Source: a virus (taxonomy: Duplodnaviria; Caudoviricetes). From it: DNA of 41,344 nucleotides. Below, in pieces: positions 17,657-25,961 of this stretch. The translations under genes and the position numbers were made by a program. The stretch spans positions 1 through 41,344 of IMG/VR virus record IMGVR_UViG_3300021408_000013. One strand, written 5' to 3'. Position 1 is the stretch's first letter, and each line of letters begins with the position of its first letter. The notes beneath the pieces were generated by a model. It saw nothing but the letters and a program-made list of their open reading frames with translations. It searched no databases and was not told where the DNA came from.

Positions 17657-17915
17657 TAGGGAATTAAAAGACTTCTTAAAAGAAACCTTAGACATGGAAA
17701 AAGAGTTATATGATTTCTGTATTGAAGCTTTAACAAAGCTATATCCTGAGCATCATAAACAGGCTATTTCAATATTTGAAGAATCATATAACTTTTATGA
17801 ATATAACGGTTGTATTCAATCGCTTTGCTGCATAGATAGCAGCCTTAAGAGGGAATTGAAACAGCGTGAAGAAATGAAAGAAATACAAGATAAAAAGGAG
17901 AAGAAAGATGAATGA
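17649..17915 (+). CDS. Hypothetical protein
   Basis: ATG at 17649 after AGGGGG; coupled. Confidence 0.55.
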   Translation: MNNRELKDFLKETLDMEKELYDFCIEALTKLYPEHHKQAISIFEESYNFYEYNGCIQSLCCIDSSLKRELKQREEMKEIQDKKEKKDE

Positions 17916-18096
17916 AACATGGATTCAAGTTGTAACAATTATCGGTTCTAATTTGGTTATCATGCTAACCTTTTTCGGTGTTACTGTTTCCTTACACAAT
18001 GGAATGAGAGAAGAAGTTAGAGCAATGAATCAAGAGATGAAGGATTTTCATGGCAGGCTTTGCAAAATTGAAGAGGCAAGGAATGTTAAGCCATAA
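17908..18096 (+). CDS. Small TM plus coiled-coil protein with an EMKDFHGRLC motif
   Basis: N-terminal TM helix, then QEMKDFHGRLCKIEE. Confidence 0.7.
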   Translation: MNETWIQVVTIIGSNLVIMLTFFGVTVSLHNGMREEVRAMNQEMKDFHGRLCKIEEARNVKP

Positions 18097-18415
18097 ACAA
18101 AAAGAAAAGCTTAAAGCCAATTGGGGCGAGAAGGCTAGTTCTATGGCTTGCATGGCGGAAGTGAGGGTCTATGACCCTCTTTCCCCGTGGGAATGCTATA
18201 TCTACGCGCTGAATCCTGAGGATGAGGACGAAATAAGCTGTATTATCAAAGGTTTCTTTGTTGAAGTAACAGAATGGAGTTTGAGCGAGTTAGCTAGTCG
18301 CTTTAACGTAGAGGGCGAACGTCCTATAATAGATCAAGAATATAGACCGCGCAGAGCTGCGGAACTGTTTAAAATATTAAGCGAATCGGAGTTATATGAA
18401 CGCAATCGAGATTAA
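18083..18415 (+). CDS. DUF2958-like protein
   Basis: YDPLSPWECYIYALNPED...WSLSEL pattern. Confidence 0.55.
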   Translation: MLSHKQKEKLKANWGEKASSMACMAEVRVYDPLSPWECYIYALNPEDEDEISCIIKGFFVEVTEWSLSELASRFNVEGERPIIDQEYRPRRAAELFKILSESELYERNRD

Positions 18416-18572
18416 AGATATAAGGGAAAAGCTAGGGTTATCACAAGAAGCCTTAGCGCACTTATTAGGTGTGTCTTTTCAGACAATAAACCGATGGGAG
18501 AAAGGCACTTTCAAACCTTCACCCTTAGCACTTGAGAAACTTAAATCCCTAGAAAAAGAGAAAGTGAAATGA
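18396..18572 (+). CDS. XRE/Cro-family HTH regulator, 58 aa (not in the ORF track)
   Basis: IKDIREKLGLSQEALAHLLGVSFQTINRWEKGTFKPS; GGAG RBS. Confidence 0.88.
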   Translation: MNAIEIKDIREKLGLSQEALAHLLGVSFQTINRWEKGTFKPSPLALEKLKSLEKEKVK

Positions 18573-18625
18573 TATATAGTTATCAAAGCTTTCTTTTATT
18601 TACATAAACAAACAAAGGGTAAGAC

Positions 18626-18991
18626 ATGAAGGATGTACAATTCGTTAGCGCTGAGGAGCTTACAACATTAGAACATTACGGAGCTGCTTTGCTAAGTTCT
18701 ATGATCTCATTGAGAACATTAGAGGGCTTTCACATAGCAGCTTTCAATAAAGGATTGCTTGACGATGACGAAGCGGAGACAGGTAAAACAATTTGCTGGG
18801 AAATTCAAAGGCTTATGGCTCTTTACAAAACCCAGATTGAAAACATCCTAGATCGCACAGAGTTAAGCGAAGAAGAAGTATTACAGAGCCTAAAGGCTAT
18901 GATGCCAAATGTTAAAATTCCGCGTAAGCGCAAGAATGTAAAGAAAGAAAAGAAAGATGGGCATGCCACACCAAAAAGCGATCACGTTTGA
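18626..18991 (+). CDS. Hypothetical protein with a basic tail
   Basis: 121 aa ORF. Confidence 0.6.
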   Translation: MKDVQFVSAEELTTLEHYGAALLSSMISLRTLEGFHIAAFNKGLLDDDEAETGKTICWEIQRLMALYKTQIENILDRTELSEEEVLQSLKAMMPNVKIPRKRKNVKKEKKDGHATPKSDHV

Positions 18992-19289
18992 AGAACGCAA
19001 GCAAATCGAAAAGCATATCAGTGCCGGCTTTAGCTGTTGCGAGACTGCTAGACGAATTGGAAGAAGTAAAAACGGCGTAGTCTCTGAGGTTAGACGCGGA
19101 GGAGGCAAGCTTTATTCCGCTAAGATTGCCCAAAATCTAGCGGATTCGGTCCGCAATGAGAAACATAGAAAGCTATCAGAAAGAAATAAAGGAAATGTAA
19201 CCACATTCCGTTTTAAACAACGTATTGAAAACTTAGAAATGCAAGTGGAGATCCTCCACGATGCTATAAAGGAGCTAATGAATAGATGA
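18957..19289 (+). CDS. HTH DNA-binding protein (IS30-type N-terminal HTH) with a coiled coil
   Basis: ITFEERKQIE...SCCETARRIGRSKNGVVSEVRR...YSA..AQ. Confidence 0.7.
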   Translation: MGMPHQKAITFEERKQIEKHISAGFSCCETARRIGRSKNGVVSEVRRGGGKLYSAKIAQNLADSVRNEKHRKLSERNKGNVTTFRFKQRIENLEMQVEILHDAIKELMNR

Positions 19290-20014
19290 TCAAAAAGACG
19301 AAAGATTATGATTTATTCACGTTTAGAGATGACAACCGCGAGAAGATAGACCAAGCGCACATAAAAAGGCTTATTGAGTCAATCACATCGAGAAACTTGC
19401 TTGAGTTAAGACCTATCATCGTTAATGAGAAAATGGAAGTGATAGACGGCCAACACCGGCTATTAGCTGCTAAACATTTACAGGTTGAAATATACTACCA
19501 GCAAGAAAAGAAATTGGACGCTGCGGATATTGTCCGCATGAATATAAGCAAGCCTTGGACGATGGGCGACTATCTAAATTTTTACTGTCATCATCAATAT
19601 GATGAGTATAAGAAGCTTTCAAGCTTCATGAAGCAACATAATTTAACTCTTAAAGTAGCGTTGACCATAGCACTTGGACAAGCGCGATTAGGGTTTTATG
19701 AATTCAGAATGGGAGAATTTAAGTTTCATGAAGAATCGTTAGACATCGAATTAGATGTATGCTGGGACTCAATAAACTACATAAAGAAGATGAACGGATT
19801 CAGCCCGTACACCTCCTCAAGTAGATTCTGGAAAGCTCTTTTAAAACTGATTAGGCATCCAGAATTTGACGAAACAAAATGGCGGTCGAACATGCAAAAG
19901 ATGATTGATCATTTCTCTCCGAAAGCGCGAACAGAAGATTACGTGAATATGATACAGACTGTTTATAATTGGCGCAATACTTCAAGAATTAACTTAATGG
20001 ATGATGATATATGA
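19286..20014 (+). CDS. ParB/Srx-like N-terminal domain protein
   Basis: PIIVNEKMEVIDGQHRLLAA. Confidence 0.8.
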   Translation: MIKKTKDYDLFTFRDDNREKIDQAHIKRLIESITSRNLLELRPIIVNEKMEVIDGQHRLLAAKHLQVEIYYQQEKKLDAADIVRMNISKPWTMGDYLNFYCHHQYDEYKKLSSFMKQHNLTLKVALTIALGQARLGFYEFRMGEFKFHEESLDIELDVCWDSINYIKKMNGFSPYTSSSRFWKALLKLIRHPEFDETKWRSNMQKMIDHFSPKARTEDYVNMIQTVYNWRNTSRINLMDDDI

Positions 20015-20751
20015 AATATTTAATTTACTTGCGTGTATCAACTGATTTACAAGATACAGAAACACAATTAGATCATTGCTTAAGATTCATTAAGCAAAGA
20101 GATAATACAAACTTTGAATATGAAGTATTTAGAGATAAAATCACCTCTCGAAAGGAATTGTTTAAAAGAGAGGGTGGTAAAGAAATGTTTAGTAGATTAA
20201 AGCGCGGAGATATTATAATCTCAATCCGTTTAGACAGGATAGCTAGAAAGCTTTACGAAACTACACAGCTTATTGATGTCTTAGATAAGGCCGGCGCTGA
20301 GATCTTGTTAGTAGATCAGCCAGGCATTACAAACAAGATTATGCTAGGCCTTTATGCCGGCATGGCTGAAGAAGAAGTGAAACTATTGCGTAAGCGCGTG
20401 AAAGAGAAGCTTGAGACTAAGAAGAATCGCGGAGAGAGATACTCGCGCTTTCTGCCTTATGGCTATGGACTTCATGAAACAAAATTAGTGCCTATTAAAG
20501 TCGGCGATGAAGTGGTAATGAAGCGAGGCGTGCTTGTTCCAATATATGAGGAACAAGAGGTACTTGCTCGGATGTATCAATTATCTGCTGAGGGTATGAG
20601 CCATCAAAGGATTGCGAAGGCTCTAACTGAGTCGGGGTATATGAATCGGGAAGGGCGTCCATTTCAAAAGATGAGCATTTACCGCATTCTTTCCCGAAAA
20701 GAGAATACCACGTCATCGGATCAACTTCAAGAGGCGATAGCAGCTCGCTAG
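20011..20751 (+). CDS. Serine recombinase (resolvase/invertase family with a C-terminal DNA-binding domain)
   Basis: YLRVST catalytic Ser motif, RLDRIAR, PYGY, C-terminal HTH. Confidence 0.9.
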   Translation: MKYLIYLRVSTDLQDTETQLDHCLRFIKQRDNTNFEYEVFRDKITSRKELFKREGGKEMFSRLKRGDIIISIRLDRIARKLYETTQLIDVLDKAGAEILLVDQPGITNKIMLGLYAGMAEEEVKLLRKRVKEKLETKKNRGERYSRFLPYGYGLHETKLVPIKVGDEVVMKRGVLVPIYEEQEVLARMYQLSAEGMSHQRIAKALTESGYMNREGRPFQKMSIYRILSRKENTTSSDQLQEAIAAR

Positions 20752-21148
20752 TCTCATTAATAATAATAATAGTTTTCGGGTATGGGTGGTAAAGCTTTAC
20801 GCTGTCACCCAGACTCACTTTCTGGTCGCCATCGAAGCAAATACCATCCATACAATCGAGATAAAGCTTTATGAAATTATCTGTATCAGGCTTTTTCTCG
20901 TGCTTGAGCAGACCAGATAAATAAAGCGGTAACATCCGTTTCGGAATGCTCTTAGGAATAGGCATATGGAATATAAAACTAACACGGGGATGCCTAAAAA
21001 GAGGATAACGAATATGTTTAATAGCAATGATCTCTTTGAGTTCTGCTTTTGCTTTTTGTCTGGGGTCATAAATCCTTCCTATACCGTTTCTTCCTGAATA
21101 CTTCATTCTAATTTGCGCGATTGGATCGCCTGGGAGAATGAGTTTCAT
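20495..21148 (-). CDS. rusA: RusA-family Holliday junction resolvase with a C-terminal extension
   Basis: KKPDTDNFIKLYLDCMDGICFDGDQKV; FHMPIPKS. Confidence 0.88.
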   Translation of the reverse strand: MKLILPGDPIAQIRMKYSGRNGIGRIYDPRQKAKAELKEIIAIKHIRYPLFRHPRVSFIFHMPIPKSIPKRMLPLYLSGLLKHEKKPDTDNFIKLYLDCMDGICFDGDQKVSLGDSVKLYHPYPKTIIIINETSELLSPLEVDPMTWYSLFGKECGKCSSFEMDALPDSYTPTQLEPSQSFDGSYPQQIIDTSEQVPLVPHILEQARLASLPLHRRL

Positions 21149-21423
21149 TCGCCCTCAATGCTTTTAAGATCAAGATCAAGTTGAACTTCTTGTTCCTTGT
21201 CTTTACACATTTGAAGGCCGACTATATTCGTTACCCATTTCTTGACAACAGGATCTTTCTGAGCTTCTTCGTTTATGTCTACCCATTCATTCCATTTATG
21301 GAGAAAAAACAATGTAGCCATAAATGTTTGCTCTGCAAACATATAAATATCGTCGGGGGGAATATTGCGTTTAAGATACTCAACATTCTTCTCGAACTTC
21401 TCTTTCATTTCTTCTTTGTTCAC
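21145..21423 (-). CDS. Hypothetical protein
   Basis: 92 aa; ATGA coupling to rusA. Confidence 0.55.
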   Translation of the reverse strand: MNKEEMKEKFEKNVEYLKRNIPPDDIYMFAEQTFMATLFFLHKWNEWVDINEEAQKDPVVKKWVTNIVGLQMCKDKEQEVQLDLDLKSIEGE

Positions 21424-21595
21424 CAGGCAACCCCATTACATCAAAATAAATATGCGTACCCTCTGAGTCAGTTTCCTCATGGACTCTGATTATCTCGCGC
21501 CCATTGCGTCCGAGTTTATTAGCCTTCTTAGTAATATAATCAAGATCGGCTACCGAGAGCCGATCTTTATAAGTAATCGCGTGTTCGTGAAGCAT
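21380..21595 (-). CDS. Hypothetical protein
   Basis: AGGAGG RBS. Confidence 0.55.
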   Translation of the reverse strand: MLHEHAITYKDRLSVADLDYITKKANKLGRNGREIIRVHEETDSEGTHIYFDVMGLPGEQRRNEREVREEC

Positions 21596-21603
21596 AAGCC
21601 TCC

Positions 21604-21927
21604 TTAGAATGGCATTTCATCGTCATCTTTGACGACGTCTTCCTGTTTCATTTCTGGATTAGCAGCCAGAAACTTATCTATAGCACCCATAATTTGATTA
21701 CGGAATCTATTTTTTACACCGTCATTGTCGAAGGTAACAAGGTCAGTGTATTTTTTCTCGCCCATATCGTTAGTGAATTCCTTTGCAGGCATTCCAATCC
21801 AACGATTAGCGCCCTTCTCGAAAATCTTGATCTCATGGAGAGTCATTTTCCAAGGAATGATGTGTACATCACACGTGGCTAATAGACTTCCTTTATTCAC
21901 TGGATTAATATTTTGTACTTCAAGCAT
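21604..21927 (-). CDS. SpoVG-like protein with an SSB-type acidic tail
   Basis: KGSLLATCDV...IKIFEKGANRWIGMPAKE; ends DDDEMPF. Confidence 0.7.
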   Translation of the reverse strand: MLEVQNINPVNKGSLLATCDVHIIPWKMTLHEIKIFEKGANRWIGMPAKEFTNDMGEKKYTDLVTFDNDGVKNRFRNQIMGAIDKFLAANPEMKQEDVVKDDDEMPF

Positions 21928-21936
21928 AATGTCCTC

Positions 21937-22779
21937 CTATAGGATTGTTTTTTGTCTTCTTGTTTTGCCTTCAAAGCCAAATATCTGTCCGGTCATGATA
22001 CGATCGGACAGAGCTTCACCACAGAAGGCACTAAATTTCTTAACCTCAAGATTGGTCGTGATGACCGTTCCTCTTGCTTTCCATTGCAGACGCGTGTTAA
22101 TCACGTCCATAAAGAACTCTAAAAACTTAGGGTTAGGCTCTCCCGTCCCAAAGTCATCAATCACTAGTAGCGGTGTAGCAGTCACCGTATTAACATAGTT
22201 ATTCATGTGATCGCCCTGGGCTACAAGCCAGTTGTTTGACATTTGCTTTTGGGTCGTGAACACGCAGAAGCTAGATTTCCTAGTGAAGAATTCACATATC
22301 GCCATAGCTGCATAAGTCTTTCCTGTTCCTGGGTCGCCCCGCATGAGGATGATACCACGAGGAGCAGTAGCAAACTTGAGCATGTAATCGACTTTGCCTT
22401 GTGATTGTTGGACGTTTTCAAACTTGACGTCATAGTGTTCGTCTCCGATGCCGTTAATTTCGCAAAAGGAAGGCCATAGGATCGCGCGTTCTGCTTTTGG
22501 AGGGTTAGGACTGGTTTGGATATCAGAACTGAGCTTAGAGCCAGCGCAAACGCGTCCGCATCCCCATGCTCGTCTTTCCTTATCGACCATGATAAGAAAG
22601 AAATTCTTTTCTCCGCAGAAAGGACATTCAAAATCTTTCGACCATACCGGCGGATCAATGGGAATGAAGCCTTTCTGACTAAAGTAAAAATGCACGAGCT
22701 TATTATCTCTATCTGTCCATGTTTCAGCTTCTTTCTTCGCAATATTTGACATTAATTTCATAGTGCACCCTTCTCCCAT
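21937..22779 (-). CDS. DnaC/IstB-like ATPase (helicase loader)
   Basis: GDPGTGKT Walker A, LLVIDDFG Walker B, TVITTN, Zn-finger CPFC; directly after rep. Confidence 0.9.
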   Translation of the reverse strand: MGEGCTMKLMSNIAKKEAETWTDRDNKLVHFYFSQKGFIPIDPPVWSKDFECPFCGEKNFFLIMVDKERRAWGCGRVCAGSKLSSDIQTSPNPPKAERAILWPSFCEINGIGDEHYDVKFENVQQSQGKVDYMLKFATAPRGIILMRGDPGTGKTYAAMAICEFFTRKSSFCVFTTQKQMSNNWLVAQGDHMNNYVNTVTATPLLVIDDFGTGEPNPKFLEFFMDVINTRLQWKARGTVITTNLEVKKFSAFCGEALSDRIMTGQIFGFEGKTRRQKTIL

Positions 22780-23693
22780 TCTTCCATTTTGGCGAGACTA
22801 CGAGCATCGTTAGAGCTAGGAGCAAACTTGCGGTCTTTTGGCGCTGGCTTTGAATTCATCTTCATTTCGAGTTGATCGAATTGCTTGCGAAGGTATTCGG
22901 CTGGGTTAGGTTTAAACATTTTATCGGCCCAGAAATGATCAGCTAAGGCCCATGAAAATACATCAATGACGAGCTGAGGATCTCGCTTATCCAGGCGAAG
23001 AAGATAGTCAACATGAGTTAAGAAACCTGAAAGGTTTCGAGGAGGAACGTAGTTCGGCTTTGATCGAACGAGACAGTTGACCATCTGCTCACCGACTTCA
23101 CGGACTTTAGGCGTGAAGTCTGCCGGCGTTCTTGTTCTTTTGATTTTCTCTTTTGAAGCATCTTTTAAAATCTCCTCGGCTGCTTTCGCAGCCATCGCTT
23201 TCGCGATTTCTTCCGGATCAAGAGGAGGTATAGGAGGAGAATCTATACTAGGATCTGAGCTAGTATCTATATTATATGGGAGGGTTCCGGTTTCCTGGAA
23301 TTCAGGTTTCCGGTTTTCCGGAAGGGAGCCTTCCGGTTTTCCGGAACCCTGCTTTCCGGCGTCCTCTTTCTTAACGGCATCTTTTGGCGATAAAGCTTTC
23401 ATGATTCGATTACGGCCATTGAAAGATACTTTCTCAAGGAAGCCTGCGTCTTTGAGTTCCTTCATAACCTCATGTAATCTTGAAACTTTTACTCCCAGAA
23501 ATCTTTCTAAATATTCATCGGATGCGTAACATCCTCCTCTTTCCTCATCGAAAAGAGAATCAATTTCAGCCCAGAGAGCCTTAGCTTGAATGCTAAGATC
23601 TGGATGAAGCCAGATTTCACGAGGAATCCAAATCCCCTTAAAGTCACGACTTAACTTGACGGGTAAATCTTTATCTGTCATAATGTGCCTCAT
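22758..23693 (-). CDS. Replication initiator (wHTH, lambda O-like organisation)
   Basis: RDFKGIWIPREIW N-terminus, wHTH, internal iterons, C-terminal FW...P..LRKQFDQL. Confidence 0.85.
   Translation of the reverse strand: MRHIMTDKDLPVKLSRDFKGIWIPREIWLHPDLSIQAKALWAEIDSLFDEERGGCYASDEYLERFLGVKVSRLHEVMKELKDAGFLEKVSFNGRNRIMKALSPKDAVKKEDAGKQGSGKPEGSLPENRKPEFQETGTLPYNIDTSSDPSIDSPPIPPLDPEEIAKAMAAKAAEEILKDASKEKIKRTRTPADFTPKVREVGEQMVNCLVRSKPNYVPPRNLSGFLTHVDYLLRLDKRDPQLVIDVFSWALADHFWADKMFKPNPAEYLRKQFDQLEMKMNSKPAPKDRKFAPSSNDARSLAKMEEWEKGAL
23285..23360. repeat. Replication origin iterons inside rep
   Basis: TTCCGGTTT(T/C)C(C/T)GGAA at 23285, 23308 and 23331, partial copy at 23354; exact 23-bp period. 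Confidence 0.85.
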
Positions 23694-23741
23694 AGACGGG
23701 TAATAGGTTTATAGGTGGGCAGTTATCGCTGCCCATTTTTT
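23656..23741 (+). ncRNA. Putative antisense RNA unit over the rep leader
   Basis: TTGACG-N17-CATAAT with TG extension (23656-23684); terminator TGGGCAG-TTATCG-CTGCCCA-T6 (23716-23741). Confidence 0.6.
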
Positions 23742-23742
23742 G

Positions 23743-24042
23743 TTATTTTTCTTTGCGCTTTCGGAAGTACTCTTTGTAGTACTCCGGATAGCGTGCTTTG
23801 AATTCGGCACGATACTGCGCGAATTTCTCTTTGTTCTTATCGTAATATTCTCTCATATACAGCCTGCGAGTATCGTCATCGACATAACGATGCTTCCAGG
23901 CTTTTGTCTTTCGCTGATAGCGAACATTACGTTTTATCGTGCACATCTTACATTCACTACGCCATCTACCTGAACACAAATAGAAATCCATCACCGCTTC
24001 TTTAGCTTGATGACATTGGCTGCAAATCTTTAAATCACTCAT
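23743..24042 (-). CDS. Zn-binding basic protein (HNH-associated N-terminal domain only)
   Basis: CSQC...CKMC followed by a YMREYYDKNKE helix. Confidence 0.65.
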   Translation of the reverse strand: MSDLKICSQCHQAKEAVMDFYLCSGRWRSECKMCTIKRNVRYQRKTKAWKHRYVDDDTRRLYMREYYDKNKEKFAQYRAEFKARYPEYYKEYFRKRKEK

Positions 24043-24322
24043 GGCGCCCTTCCTTTACGCAAAAGAAACTCTGCCCGTCTTCAGTGTTCATATGTCCTTT
24101 GATGCGGATAGCAATGCTTTGTGGCTTATCTGTAGACACAACAAAGCCTAGAGTTTCAAGAACTCTTAGTTCTGGAAAGTCGAGAGTTTTGAGGGTAAAG
24201 ACTTCACTAGTAGCGAGACGCATAGCACAAAGATCCATCCACAGCCTAGCTGCACGGGTGTTTCTCTTTCCTATGGTTTCGAAGCATTGCTCGCAGCAAA
24301 CGAAATACTTACTCATCTGCAT
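24035..24322 (-). CDS. Hypothetical protein, possibly wHTH
   Basis: Start MQMSK overlaps the upstream stop; LRVLETLGFV. Confidence 0.55.
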   Translation of the reverse strand: MQMSKYFVCCEQCFETIGKRNTRAARLWMDLCAMRLATSEVFTLKTLDFPELRVLETLGFVVSTDKPQSIAIRIKGHMNTEDGQSFFCVKEGRHE

Positions 24323-24581
24323 GTAAGTCCGCCAATGTAACGGAAATACCATTGTTGAATGGATGCCATTCAAGCAAATTTTCACGTGCGAGTTTCTTGA
24401 TGTTATTACGAAAGGATCGCCAGTCATCCGACATGTCGACGTCTACAAGGTCTTTTGAAAAGAAAATAGTGCCGTCTTTATCGGCTCTATTGACGCAGTT
24501 TAGGTAGGCCGAAAGAGCTTCCGGACAATGCCGAGAGACTCTTTCGAGTACTTCTTGTGTAGTGATAGCGTAGATATCCAT
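24309..24581 (-). CDS. Hypothetical protein, possibly wHTH
   Basis: GAGG RBS; FRNNIKKLARENLLEW. Confidence 0.6.
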   Translation of the reverse strand: MDIYAITTQEVLERVSRHCPEALSAYLNCVNRADKDGTIFFSKDLVDVDMSDDWRSFRNNIKKLARENLLEWHPFNNGISVTLADLHADE

Positions 24582-24606
24582 TCGTCCTCATAAAATAAAT
24601 TTACTC

Positions 24607-24757
24607 TGGACAAAATGAAAGGTGATGATGTATTCTCTCCGGTAGATTGGTCCGTCGAGATCGCTGCTTCACCACAACACTGGTAATGTTTGGAGAAGTT
24701 TACATCACATCCTTCAAGATGTCACAAAGTCCCCTCTTAATCGAGGGGATTTTTTCT
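24607..24757 (+). ncRNA. Putative antisense RNA / attenuator upstream of the replication operon
   Basis: TGGACA-N18-TATTCT; imperfect 25-bp inverted repeat at 24616-24640 / 24692-24716; terminator GTCCCCTC-TTAATC-GAGGGGAT followed by a T-run. Confidence 0.5.
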
Positions 24758-24787
24758 TTGCAAAGTAATTCTTCTTTTTAATTAAGT

Positions 24788-25111
24788 CTAGTCATTTTTG
24801 GATGTGGCACGCTTTTCGCAGGCAGATCCATGTAATGCTTCAACTTTATCTAAGTCCAGATCATACTTATCAAAGATTTTCTTTAACACTTCTTTTTGAA
24901 ACTCGTCGGAGATTAATTTATCCGGCCAGTAACAATAATTCGTTTTCTTATCCTGAGTGAACCATTTCTCAGGCATCCTAACCCATGCTTTACGGCCTTT
25001 CGGGTAAAAAACCAAGTCACACTTCATAACAAGTTCATAATAGCGCACAGTCACGCAGGCGATTTTCGTTTTGCACGGGCGCAGCACGAAATCTAAAACA
25101 TCGACATTCAT
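24788..25111 (-). CDS. Second SpoVG-like protein
   Basis: KIACVTV...KAWVRMPE...FQKEVL; GGGAG RBS. Confidence 0.55.
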   Translation of the reverse strand: MNVDVLDFVLRPCKTKIACVTVRYYELVMKCDLVFYPKGRKAWVRMPEKWFTQDKKTNYCYWPDKLISDEFQKEVLKKIFDKYDLDLDKVEALHGSACEKRATSKND

Positions 25112-25141
25112 AAAATCTCCCAGTTTTTTACAAAAAAAGAC

Positions 25142-25170
25142 TTGTCACAACAGCTCTCATCTGCTACGGT
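25142..25170 (+). promoter_or_regulatory. Candidate promoter for the recombination cluster
   Basis: TTGTCA-N17-TACGGT with TG extension. Confidence 0.4.
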
Positions 25171-25412
25171 AAAGTCAAATTAAAAATTTAGTTTACAGGC
25201 GTTTTCATATGAAAGAGGTTTGGAATGAACTTCTGAGTGGCATAGATCCCGTGTTCCTGAAATGCACAATCCGGCTCGGAATCTTTTTACTCATCGTTAC
25301 ATTAGGTCTTTTATATGTTTTTTCCTGAGGATGATAGTGATGGTTACGTCATGGTCTGCCTGCTTCTTTTTTTATATTTAATCATGAACCTATTGTTACA
25401 AAGAAACTTTAC

Positions 25413-25961
25413 ATGTCTCTAAGCGAAAAGTCCAGAGAAAATTACCTGAGAGTCACGCATGTGCTCTATCCATTCTCCGGATTGCAAAACATCGACGCCG
25501 ACGTCTTAGCTCACGCAGCCGAAAGGGGAACGAAAGTTCACAAGATTTGCGAAGGGATTATGGCCGGAATCGGTGAAATTGGCGTAGACGATGAGACATG
25601 GGGTTATGTTGAATCCTTCAAGAAATGGTGGGAGAAAGGTGTTGACATCGTAAAGATGGAAGAGCGCTTTTGGGATGATGAACTTCGCCTCACCGGTCAA
25701 GTTGATCTCATCATAAATACTCCGGATGGTCTTGCAATTGTAGACCTTAAGACCTCAAGCCGACCATCTAAGACATGGGAAGCTCAAGGCTCTGCCTATG
25801 CGTATCTGGCGAAGAAATCCGGCTATGACATCAAGAAGATTTATTTCTTACATCTGAACAAACACGGCAAAGAACCGAAGCTTATTGAATATCCTGTGGA
25901 TGATTCTTTTTTTTTAGCCGTCTACAGAACCTACATTCACTTCTTTCACAAGGAAAAATAA
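25413..25961 (+). CDS. PD-(D/E)XK exonuclease (RecE/Cas4-like fold)
   Basis: RGTKVH, LTGQVDL, IVDLKT and Q..AY motifs; upstream of the annealing protein. Confidence 0.85.
   Translation: MSLSEKSRENYLRVTHVLYPFSGLQNIDADVLAHAAERGTKVHKICEGIMAGIGEIGVDDETWGYVESFKKWWEKGVDIVKMEERFWDDELRLTGQVDLIINTPDGLAIVDLKTSSRPSKTWEAQGSAYAYLAKKSGYDIKKIYFLHLNKHGKEPKLIEYPVDDSFFLAVYRTYIHFFHKEK

Noticed and set aside
18957-19289. IS30 transposase or insertion sequence
   Set aside because: Only the HTH is present; no DDE domain or terminal inverted repeats were seen.
25413-25961. Cas4 or CRISPR-associated gene
   Set aside because: No Fe-S cysteine cluster and no array; its position before a RecT-like gene indicates a recombination exonuclease.
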